DNA of 63,891 nt, the filler included, from Octopus bimaculoides (Eukaryota), in assembly GCF_001194135.2 (NCBI RefSeq). It is 5 parts of 5 records of this genome, joined end to end, with 100 filler letters (N's around TTAATTAATTAA, not from the genome) between each part and the next. Parts side by side here need not be neighbours in the genome. Positions count along the whole stretch, not along the records: positions 1 to 23,943 come from NC_069004.1; positions 24,044 to 29,185 come from NC_068985.1; positions 29,286 to 56,094 come from NC_068993.1; 2 more parts are not named here. One strand, written 5' to 3'. The notes below the pieces were generated by a model. The model worked only from the letters and a program-made list of their open reading frames with translations. It ran no database searches and was not told where the DNA came from. Each line of letters starts with the position of its first letter. The first letter of the stretch is position 1. The translations under genes and the position numbers were made by a program. Below are positions 23,640-35,871 of the stretch, in pieces.

Positions 23640-23943
23640 TGTTGTTGTTGTTGTTGTTGTTGTTCACACTCCGTCACTTACGACGTCGAGGGTTCCAGTT
23701 GATTCAATCAACGGAACAGCCTGCTCGTGAAATTAACGTGCAAGTGGCTGAGCACTCCACAGACACGTGTACCCTTAACGTAGTTCTCGGAGATATTCAG
23801 CGTGACACAGTGTGACAAGGCTGACCCCTTTGAAATACAGGCACAACAGAAACAGGAAGAAAGAGTGAGAGAAAGTTGTGGTGAAAGAGTACAGCAGCGT
23901 TCGCCACCATCCCCTGCCGGTGCCTCGTAGAGCTTTAGGTGTT
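23640..23943 (-). mobile_element. SINE family A (head lost in gap)
   Basis: Near-identical to 1-306 and 2120-2453; (CAA)n tail on the minus strand. Confidence 0.9.
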
Positions 23944-23987
23944 NNNNNNNNNNNNNNNNNNNNNNNNNNNNNNNNNNNNNNNNNNNN

Positions 23988-23999
23988 TTAATTAATTAA
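23988..23999. other. Assembly spacer TTAATTAATTAA in a 44N+12+44N gap
   Basis: Same 12-mer centred in an exactly 100-bp gap at four places. Confidence 0.9.
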
Positions 24000-24129
24000 N
24001 NNNNNNNNNNNNNNNNNNNNNNNNNNNNNNNNNNNNNNNNNNNATGCTCCATTTTTTAATATTTATATATACATATAGCGGCGTACGTACACACTTGTGC
24101 TCACCTTATAGTAGGTATGTATCTAAATT

Positions 24130-24843
24130 TTATACGACTCTTACTCTATCTTTTATTCCTCCTCATACTTTCTTCCTCTTTTCTTTTTCTCGCTCCCCCT
24201 CTCTCTCACATTTCTTTAACTCCAATTTTCTCCCTCGTTTATCTCTCCTGTACCTTTCCCTTTGTCTCTGATCTTTTCTAACCTGATTTCTTACCTGATT
24301 TCTAATCCTGATTTTTTCTAACCCTCTGCCCCTACCCTCTCTCCTTCGACGTGACCGGTGTCCGGCCAGCCATGATCTTTCTTTCTTGGCCTGACTTCCG
24401 ACTGCCGACCGCCAACACCTCTTATGTCTATCTGCTATGTCCTTGCCTTTAGGCGTTCTCAATTTAGGCGTTCACACGCCAGCTCAATTTGATTCGTTCT
24501 CAGTCGAAAGACACCTGTTGTTATTTTCTTGTTTGTATTTGTAATTGTGTTCCATGTTCTCCGTTTTTTGTCTTTGTTGCCGTACACATATGTTAGCTTT
24601 CTTACAAAAAAGTCTAATACTCTTAGCGTAGACTTGTTTTGGGGCAACCAGATCGAACTGTCTCAAGTGTAACTGCCAGAAGCAGTAAAGACTTCTGGTA
24701 ACTTGACTGAGGAAAGAAGGCCACGAATGACTCGTCTTCTTTTGCCTGTCCTTCTAATTGTTGTTTCTCCTGTCCGCCTTTGTATCGTCTATCTGTCCGA
24801 ATGTTTTATTGTCCTCTATTACATTTTTGTTCCATTGTATATA
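24130..24843 (+). mobile_element. Pyrimidine-rich retroelement-like tail, possibly Penelope-like
   Basis: Composition and small hairpins (CCAGAAG/CTTCTGG) resemble element tails; no coding motif seen. Confidence 0.3.
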
Positions 24844-26376
24844 NNNNNNNNNNNNNNNNNNNNNNNNNNNNNNNNNNNNNNNNNNNNNNNNNNNNNNNNN
24901 NNNNNNNNNNNNNNNNNNNNNNNNNNNNNNNNNNNNNNNNNNNNNNNNNNNNNNNNNNNNNNNNNNNNNNNNNNNNNNNNNNNNNNNNNNNNNNNNNNNN
25001 NNNNNNNNNNNNNNNNNNNNNNNNNNNNNNNNNNNNNNNNNNNNNNNNNNNNNNNNNNNNNNNNNNNNNNNNNNNNNNNNNNNNNNNNNNNNNNNNNNNN
25101 NNNNNNNNNNNNNNNNNNNNNNNNNNNNNNNNNNNNNNNNNNNNNNNNNNNNNNNNNNNNNNNNNNNNNNNNNNNNNNNNNNNNNNNNNNNNNNNNNNNN
25201 NNNNNNNNNNNNNNNNNNNNNNNNNNNNNNNNNNNNNNNNNNNNNNNNNNNNNNNNNNNNNNNNNNNNNNNNNNNNNNNNNNNNNNNNNNNNNNNNNNNN
25301 NNNNNNNNNNNNNNNNNNNNNNNNNNNNNNNNNNNNNNNNNNNNNNNNNNNNNNNNNNNNNNNNNNNNNNNNNNNNNNNNNNNNNNNNNNNNNNNNNNNN
25401 NNNNNNNNNNNNNNNNNNNNNNNNNNNNNNNNNNNNNNNNNNNNNNNNNNNNNNNNNNNNNNNNNNNNNNNNNNNNNNNNNNNNNNNNNNNNNNNNNNNN
25501 NNNNNNNNNNNNNNNNNNNNNNNNNNNNNNNNNNNNNNNNNNNNNNNNNNNNNNNNNNNNNNNNNNNNNNNNNNNNNNNNNNNNNNNNNNNNNNNNNNNN
25601 NNNNNNNNNNNNNNNNNNNNNNNNNNNNNNNNNNNNNNNNNNNNNNNNNNNNNNNNNNNNNNNNNNNNNNNNNNNNNNNNNNNNNNNNNNNNNNNNNNNN
25701 NNNNNNNNNNNNNNNNNNNNNNNNNNNNNNNNNNNNNNNNNATATATATATATATATATATATATAATATAAATAATATATATATATGCATATGTGGGCA
25801 CAGGATGTCACGAAACGTATACAACAAAAAATACGATGTGTGTATATATATGTGTATATATATTAATATATGTTTATATTTATGCATGTAAAAATGGAAA
25901 TGCTACAGGCGAAGTGTTAACTAACGGAACAGCTGTCATAAATTAGATATAAAATCTGAGATATTTAAGTATTCTTGTATATTTTAGAAGAATTTCATTA
26001 GCAGGTTATTGATTTAGTCTCTAAAATATATATCAAATATTAAATAACATCGAATTTATATATCTCACTACAACCATAACATCAACAACAACATCAGTAT
26101 ACTCATTGCAACTATTAATAAAGTTGTCCAGGCCTATAGACATTGGGATTTATTATCTTGCTTTTACATATTAATATATTTCTCACATCAGATGTTGATT
26201 GAAATAATGTGCTGAATGGAGAGATTTCAGCAACGCTGAGAATGATTAGTTCGATCTACAGGTCTGTGCCGAATGTTTGCAAAAGAATAAACGCTGTCAA
26301 ATGTATTCACAAGACAGGTGTTGGTGAGAAACCGGGAGGCATGTTCAAGATACCTCCTTATAATAAGGTTTAGTTG

Positions 26377-27584
26377 CGAGGGTGGGCTGAAAAGTGCATA
26401 GGATGACTATGACGGAATGACGTTGGAGCTCTGAAATCTTGTATGCATTAATTTCAACCCTTCTTGTTAATAAATGCATTATTTCATTCCAGGTAAACTA
26501 ACATCTAACCGTTCACACCACACTTTAAAAGTAATTAGTAGCGACATTACTTGAAATTCGACAAAATTTGGCATCGTGGTGTTATTAAGTAACTGCAGAA
26601 AAAGGCTTTAGAGTCTAAAGTTTAGACCGAACGACATTCACGCTGGTTGCTACATTAGGGTGACGCTTCAGCTTCATCAACAGTTTAAAAGTGCGCAATC
26701 AGCTGAATTTAGGATGGGAAGGGAAAGCCTAGAAGATGTCCAAGGTTTGGACATCCTACAACAGCCACCGCCGAGGAAAACATTGATCCTGTTCAGCACA
26801 TGGGGAAAGATGGCAGGAAACTGACTATAAATCAAATAACGAATGCTTATTCTGTGAAAGAGTTGAGAATATTCTGCACGATGAACTTGGCATAACAAAG
26901 TTTTCTGCTCGGTGGGTGTTACATCTTGTGATATCTGATCAAAAGCGCTGATATTGTTTGAGGCAGATCCAGCTGGTTTCCTTGAATGTTTCCTAACCCA
27001 GGTTGAGTGTTGGGTTCATCACTTTGAACGAGTGACAAAAAGACATTCCATGCAATGGAAACACTTCTCGACTTCTCCAAAGAATGTGATGGCCTCAATT
27101 TTTTTTTATGCAAAAGGCCTTGTGTTTATTGAATGTTTTCAGAAGGGCCACACAGTCAATGGAGAGTACTATGCAAACTTGCTAAGGCAGTTACAAAAGC
27201 TATCAAAACCAAACACTCAAGAAAACTGATGAATGGGGTCTTGTTCATCAGAACAATGCTCCAGCGCATACACCCTTCATTTCAATGACTGCTTTGCGTC
27301 ATTGTGGTTATTCTCCTTATTCTCCAGATTTGGCTCCATGTGACCATCATCTATTCCGCAACACGAAAAGACACTTGGCTGGGAACCAGCGTCGATGTGA
27401 TGATGATGTCATATCTACTGCTGAAGACTTTTTTGATGAACAAGATGAAAGTTTCTTCCAGTGAGATCCAAACACTGTAACACCGATTGAAGAAGTGTTT
27501 GAACCAAAAGAAGGACTATGTTGAAAAATAAAGACCATTTAATTACATTCCATGAGAGTATCTTGGTCAGCCTATGAACCCTCG
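26377..27584 (+). mobile_element. Near full-length decayed mariner transposon
   Basis: Termini CGAGGG...GCATAGGATGAC and GTCAGCCTATGAAC/CCTCG followed by TA; frames FLTQVECWVHHFE..TKRHSMQWKH, VMASIFF.AKGLVFI..FQKGHTVNGEYYANLLRQL, HQNNAPAH and PYSPDLAPCDHHLF, with frameshifts and deletions. Confidence 0.9.
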
Positions 27585-28679
27585 TATATCAGTTGTACTA
27601 GCGACAAAGTACTCTTAGCGTTTTTTCCATGTGTTGAAAATCTTTGTCAACTGATCAATCAAACTTGAGTACACCAGATTATGTTGATGAAGTCTAATAT
27701 CCTGAAACATATCCATAGTAGTTCTCCCTGATTTTCCCCTAAATATGCAAAGTAACTTTGAGAGATTAATTTTTATTCTCTTTTACAATTATCTCTCCTT
27801 TATGATAGTTGATGACAACTGCCGCTAGTTTTCTGTTTTCTTTCTTCAACGAAGACAAAAAATTCAATTGAGAAGCTTATGTGTTCAGCAGATTATCTCT
27901 GAACTTATTCACCCCGTGTGAAGCCTAACACTCATTTCGCTCGATCTACTGCACTATATATCCGGCCAACCATCCAGTATTATCAGACATACAATCCCAT
28001 ATAATCAGAAATACCATCCTGTATTTTCAATGTTACCATCCCGTTAGAATGAACAAGGTATGTTTTGTAATCCACACATAGTTTCAATATCATTTTCTAT
28101 CGACCATGTCCTATAAAGAACAAGAATATTGTAATGCTATAACAATAAGTAGCAACTGAACAATAAAGACTTTTTCTTGTATTCGTAATTTTTTTAATGT
28201 TTTAAACAAAATAGTACTGTTGCATAGCAACTGTCTCCATAAATATTGTAATAAGGTTTGAACGAAAATAAAAAAAAGCCTCGCAAACAGGGCGTCTATT
28301 GTTAGAAAAAAGGCTTTCTGAACAAAAGTAGAATTCAAATAAAAATTAGACACAGCTTCGAAAGGACTCAGGAATAAATTATTTTAATTGACAACCAGCA
28401 TGTACTTACATTTCTGTGTTATAGATGAGGAATTTATAGGAATTTCTTGAGTGAATTTGGGCGTTCCATTTATTACAAACATCTGACTTGGTTAATGTGT
28501 TAACAACAAAAATGTGTCATACGCTGATGCTTTCTTTCTTTCAACGTAGAACAATTTTGATCATATCTAGGGTTAATGCTTACGTTTGGACATTTTCAAA
28601 TGTTGCAAATAATTAAGTTAAAGTCGATTAGATCAGGGAAAGTAGCAGTGTACGTGACGTCACGTGACTATTGAAAACG

Positions 28680-28915
28680 ATCTGATTGAGGTGTCGGGCA
28701 TCATTAAGAGTAAGGCAGCAAGGAACACATGGATGGGCAAAGGTTTCAAGAGGGAAGGCTTTCAGGGGAGGAAGGGTTTGATAGCCTGATTATTGAGGTG
28801 TCTGTGAGGAACAAGTAGAAAGTACCAAAGACCAGAGTCTGTTTCCGTAATGGTACCAAGGTAGAGTGAGAAGATAATTTATCTGTAGACGAGAAATTTG
28901 GATGTATTAATGAGT
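28680..28915 (-). mobile_element. Very degenerate CR1-like LINE 3' coding remnant
   Basis: TLVPLRKQTLVFGTFYLFL...RLSNP loosely resembles the CR1-group C-terminus; similar in character to 48455-48720. Confidence 0.3.
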
Positions 28916-29140
28916 GAATGTTTGCCAATCAGAGTCAAACTGAAAAAAATAGATGAAATTAATTACAGTATTTAATTGTTTTCAGTTTCGACCTCAAATT
29001 CTGCTGGTGTCGCTAAAATAAGCTCCAATAATATAATTGACCAATTTAAATTAGTTTCTGCTTCATAAAAAAACAACCTCTGTCATCTATTACAAGATCA
29101 CATTATGTGTTGATTGCCTTTTGAATGTCTTCGTCGTATG

Positions 29141-29185
<45 letters not shown>

Positions 29186-29229
29186 NNNNNNNNNNNNNNN
29201 NNNNNNNNNNNNNNNNNNNNNNNNNNNNN

Positions 29230-29241
29230 TTAATTAATTAA
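29230..29241. other. Assembly spacer TTAATTAATTAA
   Basis: Centred in the 100-bp gap 29186-29285. Confidence 0.9.
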
Positions 29242-29285
29242 NNNNNNNNNNNNNNNNNNNNNNNNNNNNNNNNNNNNNNNNNNNN

Positions 29286-29570
29286 TAACGATGTTGAAAC
29301 TGTAAGTCACGACTGGTATGGCTAGAGCATTGATCGCTTCGATCCTGTTTCTCGCGTTCAGCTCTGTCTTCAGTATTGCTCTCACCCTGCGATAACATTC
29401 TCTTCTGATCCTTTCCCTCATCACTGAGTGCTTGATATTGTCCCCTTCAATTACCCCTAGGTATTTGTAGCTCTCCGCTGGTTCTAACTCTTTTATGACA
29501 TTTTGCTGGTCAAGGTTCACATTAGATGTATTTGTCATTTTTCCTTTGATAAAGATAGCTTTTGCACATT
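29286..29570 (-). mobile_element. R4/Dong-like reverse transcriptase fragment (YKYLG and thumb region)
   Basis: CAKAIFIKGK...ESYKYLGVIEGDNIKHSVMRERIRRECYRRVRAILKTELNARNRIEAINALAIPVVTYSFNIV; 5' junction lies in an (AAT)n array. Confidence 0.85.
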
Positions 29571-29587
29571 TATTATTATTATTATTA

Positions 29588-29642
<55 letters not shown>

Positions 29643-29643
<1 letters not shown>

Positions 29644-29812
29644 GCGTGAGAGAGCAGGGCATGCCATCAAAGTGACGCTGGAGTAAAATATACGAAGCCC
29701 AGTATACCCATCATGACTACCCGTCTGATAACGATGCACCGGGCATATGCATCACAACCATATGTGCGCGACATGGTCATCTCATATCAAGATAAACAGC
29801 GCATGACCTTGC
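29643..29812 (-). mobile_element. Family E repeat, 3' fragment with (AAT)n tail
   Basis: Matches the ends of 56911-57410 and 61441-62068. Confidence 0.85.
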
Positions 29813-30483
29813 TATGTTTTATTTGCTTATATTAATTTTTTCATCATCTGGGATTGTAAAGTCAATTATATGGCACTTTCTAATGTCTTTATCTACAACT
29901 ACCAAATAAGGCCTTCTAGCTCCTATTACTTTGACAGTCTGAATGTTAAAGTCCCACAACATCTAGTACTTTTAGTACTACTTACTTTCTAGTACTTCAC
30001 TAGGTTCATGTTCATACCATTTATCAGTATGTTCAAATCCTACTTTTCTACATGACTCCCAGTGGACTACTTTCTCTTTTCTTGTATTCTTTCTGTACCA
30101 GCATGCTACATTCATTTACTATATGAGTAACGCTTTCCTCTTTTGATTTCCATAATATACATTGGAAATCTACTTCGTTTTGGTCTATTTTGGCTATTAT
30201 CCAATTAGTCCTTAATGCTTGATCGTGTGCAGCTCGTAACAAACTTTTTGTCTCCCTCTTCAGCTTTGCCTTCTGCAGCCATAACCATGTCTCAATACTT
30301 CTATTTGTTGAAACTATCTTTTGTAATTCACTCTACCATGTAACGCCTTCTCCTGCTATTCAGACAATTTCTGTTCTTTTGTTTTTGTTTTAGAGGAGGG
30401 GTCCCTATGTCTTTCTGTGACTCTAGCAGCTTTTAATAAGCTTTCTTCACTATTACCTACATAAGAGTCTATATCTACTCTAC
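29813..30483 (-). mobile_element. R4/Dong-like C-terminal region (CCHC knuckle and restriction-like endonuclease), decayed
   Basis: Minus frames EKALHG, ETWLWLQKAKLKRETKSLLRAAHDQALRTNWIIAKID, C..C..KEESVTHIVNECSML.QKEYK and LWDFNIQT.KVI.ARRP.LVVVDK..KCHIIDF.IPDD. Confidence 0.85.
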
Positions 30484-31122
30484 CGTGTCCCCAAAACATG
30501 TACCGAGAGTGATAAAAATCAAACATCCAGTCAGCATCATGGTGTTTGGAGTGATCACTAGTGATGGCGATGTTATGCTTCCATTCGTCTTCCCACACGG
30601 TCACAGACTCAACACGGAGGCCTACATCAAGTGCCTGGAAGATTTAGTGCTGCCTTGGATCAAGAACGTAGCTACTGGAAGGCCCTACGTCTGGTAACAG
30701 GACTCTGCACCACACAAGAAGGAGATCTCAGTCATGGCTGCCAGAGAATTTCTGCGACCACATCACCTCTAACATTTGGCCACCTAACTCCCCAGACTGC
30801 AACCCCTTTGATTGTTATCTTTGAGGCGCATTTGAGTGAGAGACCAAAACAAAGGCCTTATTGCACCAAAGATGAAGAGAAGACAAGGATTATGGCAGGA
30901 TTCACCAAGTTAAAAAAGGAAACCGTCCAGAAGAATCGCAGGAGATTCCGAAGTCGTCTGCAGGCCGCGATTGAAGCCAATGGCGATAACATTGAATAAA
31001 CTTACTCCCTACTATTTCAAGATATTTTTATGTAATTTTATTTAATATATCTGTTAAAATGAGATGTCAGTGCTATTTTCATTTTTGCGTAATTTAGACG
31101 ATAGTTCATTCACCGCACCCTG
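30484..31122 (+). mobile_element. DD37D/maT-like transposon, 3' half with right TIR
   Basis: KHPVSIMVFGVITSDGDVMLPF.FP.G.RLNTEAYIKCLE..VLPWIK..A.GRPYVW*QDSAP and WPPNSPDCNP; ends CACCGCACCCTG followed by TA. Confidence 0.8.
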
Positions 31123-31687
31123 TATATATATATATATATATATATATTAGAATAATAAATGAGGATGGAAAATTACCAGGATTTAATAGCAATCACAACA
31201 TTTCTTTCTGCACCGAACACCAGCTTTGAAATGCTGAGTTTACATTTATATATCATAATATAAGATTACTCTTTAGTGTTACTAGATATTTAAATATTTT
31301 TCAACAACAGTCCTGTGTGGGACCTCCTTTAGGTGGAATGCGATCAAGTACCGTCGAATAGTCTTTTTAATTTCCTCAGATATACAACACTCGTTACCCT
31401 CCAGCAATCAATTTATTAGATTTGAGCGACATATATAGTTGTGGTGATGCAGAAACAAATGCAAAAGTAATACCACAATAATAGTGCCAATAGTAATAGC
31501 AATAATAGAATAAAGGTGACCTTAATTGTAATTACAGTGATAATAATAGCAGAACCAAATCTATTTAAGTAATAGCGACGATAAAATCAAAAAGTAAATT
31601 TACAAGGGATTGTTTTAATTGCTATGCTATCATTTTACGATCTTAGCTATCTCTTTTGAATTATCGGTTGCTTTTATGCTTTTCAGC

Positions 31688-31730
<43 letters not shown>

Positions 31731-34606
31731 NNNNNNNNNNNNNNNNNNNNNNNNNNNNNNNNNNNNNNNNNNNNNNNNNNNNNNNNNNNNNNNNNNNNNN
31801 NNNNNNNNNNNNNNNNNNNNNNNNNNNNNNNNNNNNNNNNNNNNNNNNNNNNNNNNNNNNNNNNNNNNNNNNNNNNNNNNNNNNNNNNNNNNNNNNNNNN
31901 NNNNNNNNNNNNNNNNNNNNNNNNNNNNNNNNNNNNNNNNNNNNNNNNNNNNNNNNNNNNNNNNNNNNNNNNNNNNNNNNNNNNNNNNNNNNNNNNNNNN
32001 NNNNNNNNNNNNNNNNNNNNNNNNNNNNNNNNNNNNNNNNNNNNNNNNNNNNNNNNNNNNNNNNNNNNNNNNNNNNNNNNNNNNNNNNNNNNNNAAATCC
32101 GTATAGGAAAAATAAGTCTACCTTGAAATCAGCCTTTTGGATTTTATTGGCTGTGTGAAACATCCAATCTGAACAAGACGGTTTTGTTTTTGTTTGTTTT
32201 TTGTGAGTCAATTAGTCTTCGATGAAGTTACATCTGTTTAGAATTCCCAGGTCTTTTTGTTTTTTTCCACATCTATTTGCTTGTTGTTTATAAATTATTT
32301 CATTTATTTCATCATATATTTATACTGTAATGCCACGCTACTTCACTGCATTTCCTGTACTCTCTATATGGAGAAGTGTTCTAGTAACGTCTTCTTCCTT
32401 TAACTACGAAGTTGCTTATAAATGAGGGCATATGCCTAATCTATAAATGTAATTCATCGATAACTTAATCTAATTCAGTTTTAAAATAACAGTTATGGGA
32501 TAGGCACCCTTTAATGGAATGATCGATTCTAGTTTAATTACTTTATATTTGCAAGTAAAACGATATGAAGCTTTACGTGAAAATCGATAAACATTTTGTT
32601 AAAAGGTGTGGTTTAATGATGAAAAATCCTAGAACTTGTATCTTTTCTGCTACTAAATCTATTTCAAGGATTTTTCTTTTACTCTTGTACAGTCGTTACT
32701 TTGATTCATTCATATATTTGTAATTCAATCGATTCTTAGAGTAGCGACACCTGAGGTGAAAATGTTCAATAGTAATTTGGGGATAACTATGGGGGAAAAC
32801 AGATTTTGTCTACATTATATGTATACTAAAACGTGTTAACAGTTGTTTACCTCTAGGTCAGACCTGAATCGAAAAAATCTATGACTAAATCCATTCCAAA
32901 CATGGCCACAGTGTCTGTTACCGTCTCTAGGAATACGTTATCCAATGTGTGATTCCCTATTTCTAAGACGAGAGGATAGAATTTCAGAGAGCTTAGGTAG
33001 TTATTTCGTTATTTCTAGGGACGATGTAGAGAGTCAAACAGTTCTGATTGACACTGGTCTTTGTAGCAGAAACTTAAGACCTTTAAAATCTTCATAAAAT
33101 TTCGTGTCCATCTGGAGAAATGCATCTCTCACTCTTTTTCTCTCTCCACCTCTCTTCTTCTCTCTCCACCTCTCTTTTTCTCTTCTCTCGATAGTTTAGT
33201 AAACAGCATTTGTCTAATCAGACTTCGTGTTACAACTCATATTCTTATCATAGTTCATAAGTTTCGAGTCTCTAGCCAATAAATCCCGATGACATGTATA
33301 AACTCAATGAATCCGGTTTTCTTTTAAAAACTTTAAGACTATTCGAAACTGATGAAATAGTAAACAATTTTACAACACCTTGATTTTCTAAAGCAATTAT
33401 CTGTGTGTACTCATAACATCAATCACGTATCCGCTTACACTTAAATAGAATTGATAAATGATTAAGTTGGTAGAAAATTGAAAACATTGGCAGTTGTTGA
33501 ATTCGAACTGTTGACAGCTTTAAAAGTCTTCATATTTTAAACAAACACCTTATCATGTTCATTTTAGCAATTACTTCGTGACAAGCCATATGAATATAAT
33601 GATTATAAAGGAATAAATAGATTTTAAGGAATATTCGGAAAGACTACATGGGCTGATTTAGGTCAATTACTAGACTGGCATTTATCAAATTAATTATTTG
33701 TGTCCAATAGCTGGAAGAGAACTTGTTACTATAGTAACAAAAAGTAGAATTTTTCCTTCTTCAAGTGTCCGTTTATCCACACTGAAAAGTCTCACGTATT
33801 GTCACTGCCATTCTATATCTTGTTTCATTCTCCTATACTTTGTAATATATGATTTGCTTGTAAACACGTATGGATCTTCTCAATAAAGCGATGGACGGTT
33901 CAACACCAAAGAAAATGGCTTGCAACGCTTAGCTTGAGTTATATTTTATTTCAAGAATCGAAATACCATCAAGGAATATGTTGGCTTTCATTTTTCTGGA
34001 GTTGATAAAATAAGTACCACTCACGCAATGCGATTCATGATTTCCTCTGTAAAGTAATTTATAAGCTTTGTTCTAAAGTAAGGAATCAATAATTATGAAC
34101 TGTTCCATAATAACTTAACACTCTGAACCCACGAGTACGCTTTAGCGGGTGCGATTTCGTTTGGTCATACTCCTGGAATGTGTAACTGCGAACGACCATG
34201 TTTGTGTCTACGGGTGTATAATCCAAAGGAATCGCGTCAGCTAAAGCCTAAACTTTGGTTCAAAGACTTAAGCAGAAATATAAAACTGCCTAGGGATTAG
34301 ATGACTACTAAATATTTCATAATATTCACCATTATAATTCATCATAATAAATAGTTTAGATAGTGGATAACAGAATCGGTTGAAGACAAAAATATGTTGT
34401 GTTTTAATTGAACATTGTCATGTCGTGTCCAAATCTACGTCGACTTAATCTATTTGTCTAGGATCAATGAAATACGTGTTTCTCAAGTACTGGGTCGACT
34501 TTATCAAATTCTTCACCCACTTAAAATGGCTGGAATTCATCCCATTGCTAGAAATTAATGAATTAATGCAGACGGCATTTCTCAGTTGCAATATTGGATG
34601 CTTGTG

Positions 34607-35039
34607 AGGCGAAGAGCCGACAGAATCGTTAGCATGCTGGGTAAAATGCTTAGCGACGTTTCGTCCGTCTTTACGTCCTGACTTCATATTCCGCCGAGGT
34701 TCATTTTGCCTTTCATCTTTCCGGAGTCGATAAAATAAGTATAAGGTGAGCACATAAGTCGTTGTAATCAAATTCCCTACCCCTCAACATTAGTGGCCTT
34801 GTGCTAAAATAGAAAAGAATATTATATATTTATGCAAAACAGCGAGCTGGCAGAATCGTTAGCACGCTGGAAAAAATGCTTATGGGCATTTCGTCCGCTT
34901 TATGGTCTGAGTATATTTTGCATCGAGGTCGGCTTTACCTTTTATCGTTTCAGGGAGGATAAAATAAGTACCAGCGAAACACTGATGTCGACTAACCTCC
35001 TCCCCCTAGCTTGCTGACCTTGTATCAAAATCTGAAACT
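34607..35039 (+). mobile_element. Two tandem SINE family B copies
   Basis: Heads at about 34607 and 34838, each with CAGAATCGTTAGCA and GATAAAATAAGTA. Confidence 0.8.
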
Positions 35040-35838
35040 AACAGTATATGTTCGTGTGTGAATATATACATGTGTGTGTGTGTTGGTGTGTGTGTGTGTG
35101 TGTGTGTGTTTGATGATGATGACTGGTCTATCTTCGCAGAAGATTGCTGTTTCCTTTGCTATTGACAATGGCATTCTGAAATTTCACTCCCGCTGGCTTG
35201 TAACTATGCATTTCCAAATGGTTCGGGGTGCACACGTCGCTACATTTCCATCGTTATAGGACTTTTAGTAGATGGAATAACAAAAAATGAATAATGAGAT
35301 TACGTTAAAGAGCCATCTGCACATCATTGGATTATAGTGATAAACGATGGTACTCCTTGATTAGTACCCAGTGACAGGCCGAAGCGACATGATCAGTAAT
35401 CAGTGAAACTGCAGGTTTCACATCGGAGTGTTCCCCACCTAGAAGGATGCTATGACACCAACTCGAAGTCCATCACTCCCAATGGTGTTATTATATGATA
35501 TGCAAATTTACCCAGGCTGAGATCCTGAGAGCTATTACGGCGGGTCATAGTAGACTTAAGAACATTAATGGCTAAGAGGTGGTTCCACAATCCTAAAAGT
35601 CCTGGAACTCCAGAACCAGGGCCTTACTATCGGCTGTAGTTTAAAATTCGTAATCAAGACACACACACACATGCATATTTCGACCGTCTCAGAGCATCGG
35701 TGACTTTGTAACGGCTATAGGCATTACCTTCCCCTCCATGACTAAGTAGATGCCTTCCTTCACACCATTACTATCAAGTATGTGGCCAGGCAAAATTAAT
35801 TCTAAACGAAAACGAAAAAGAGAAAAAGTACATACTTG

Positions 35839-35871
<33 letters not shown>

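Noticed and set aside
24700-24745. CTGAGGA...GAAT as a sixth hammerhead
   Set aside because: GAAA is broken, and stems I and II do not pair.
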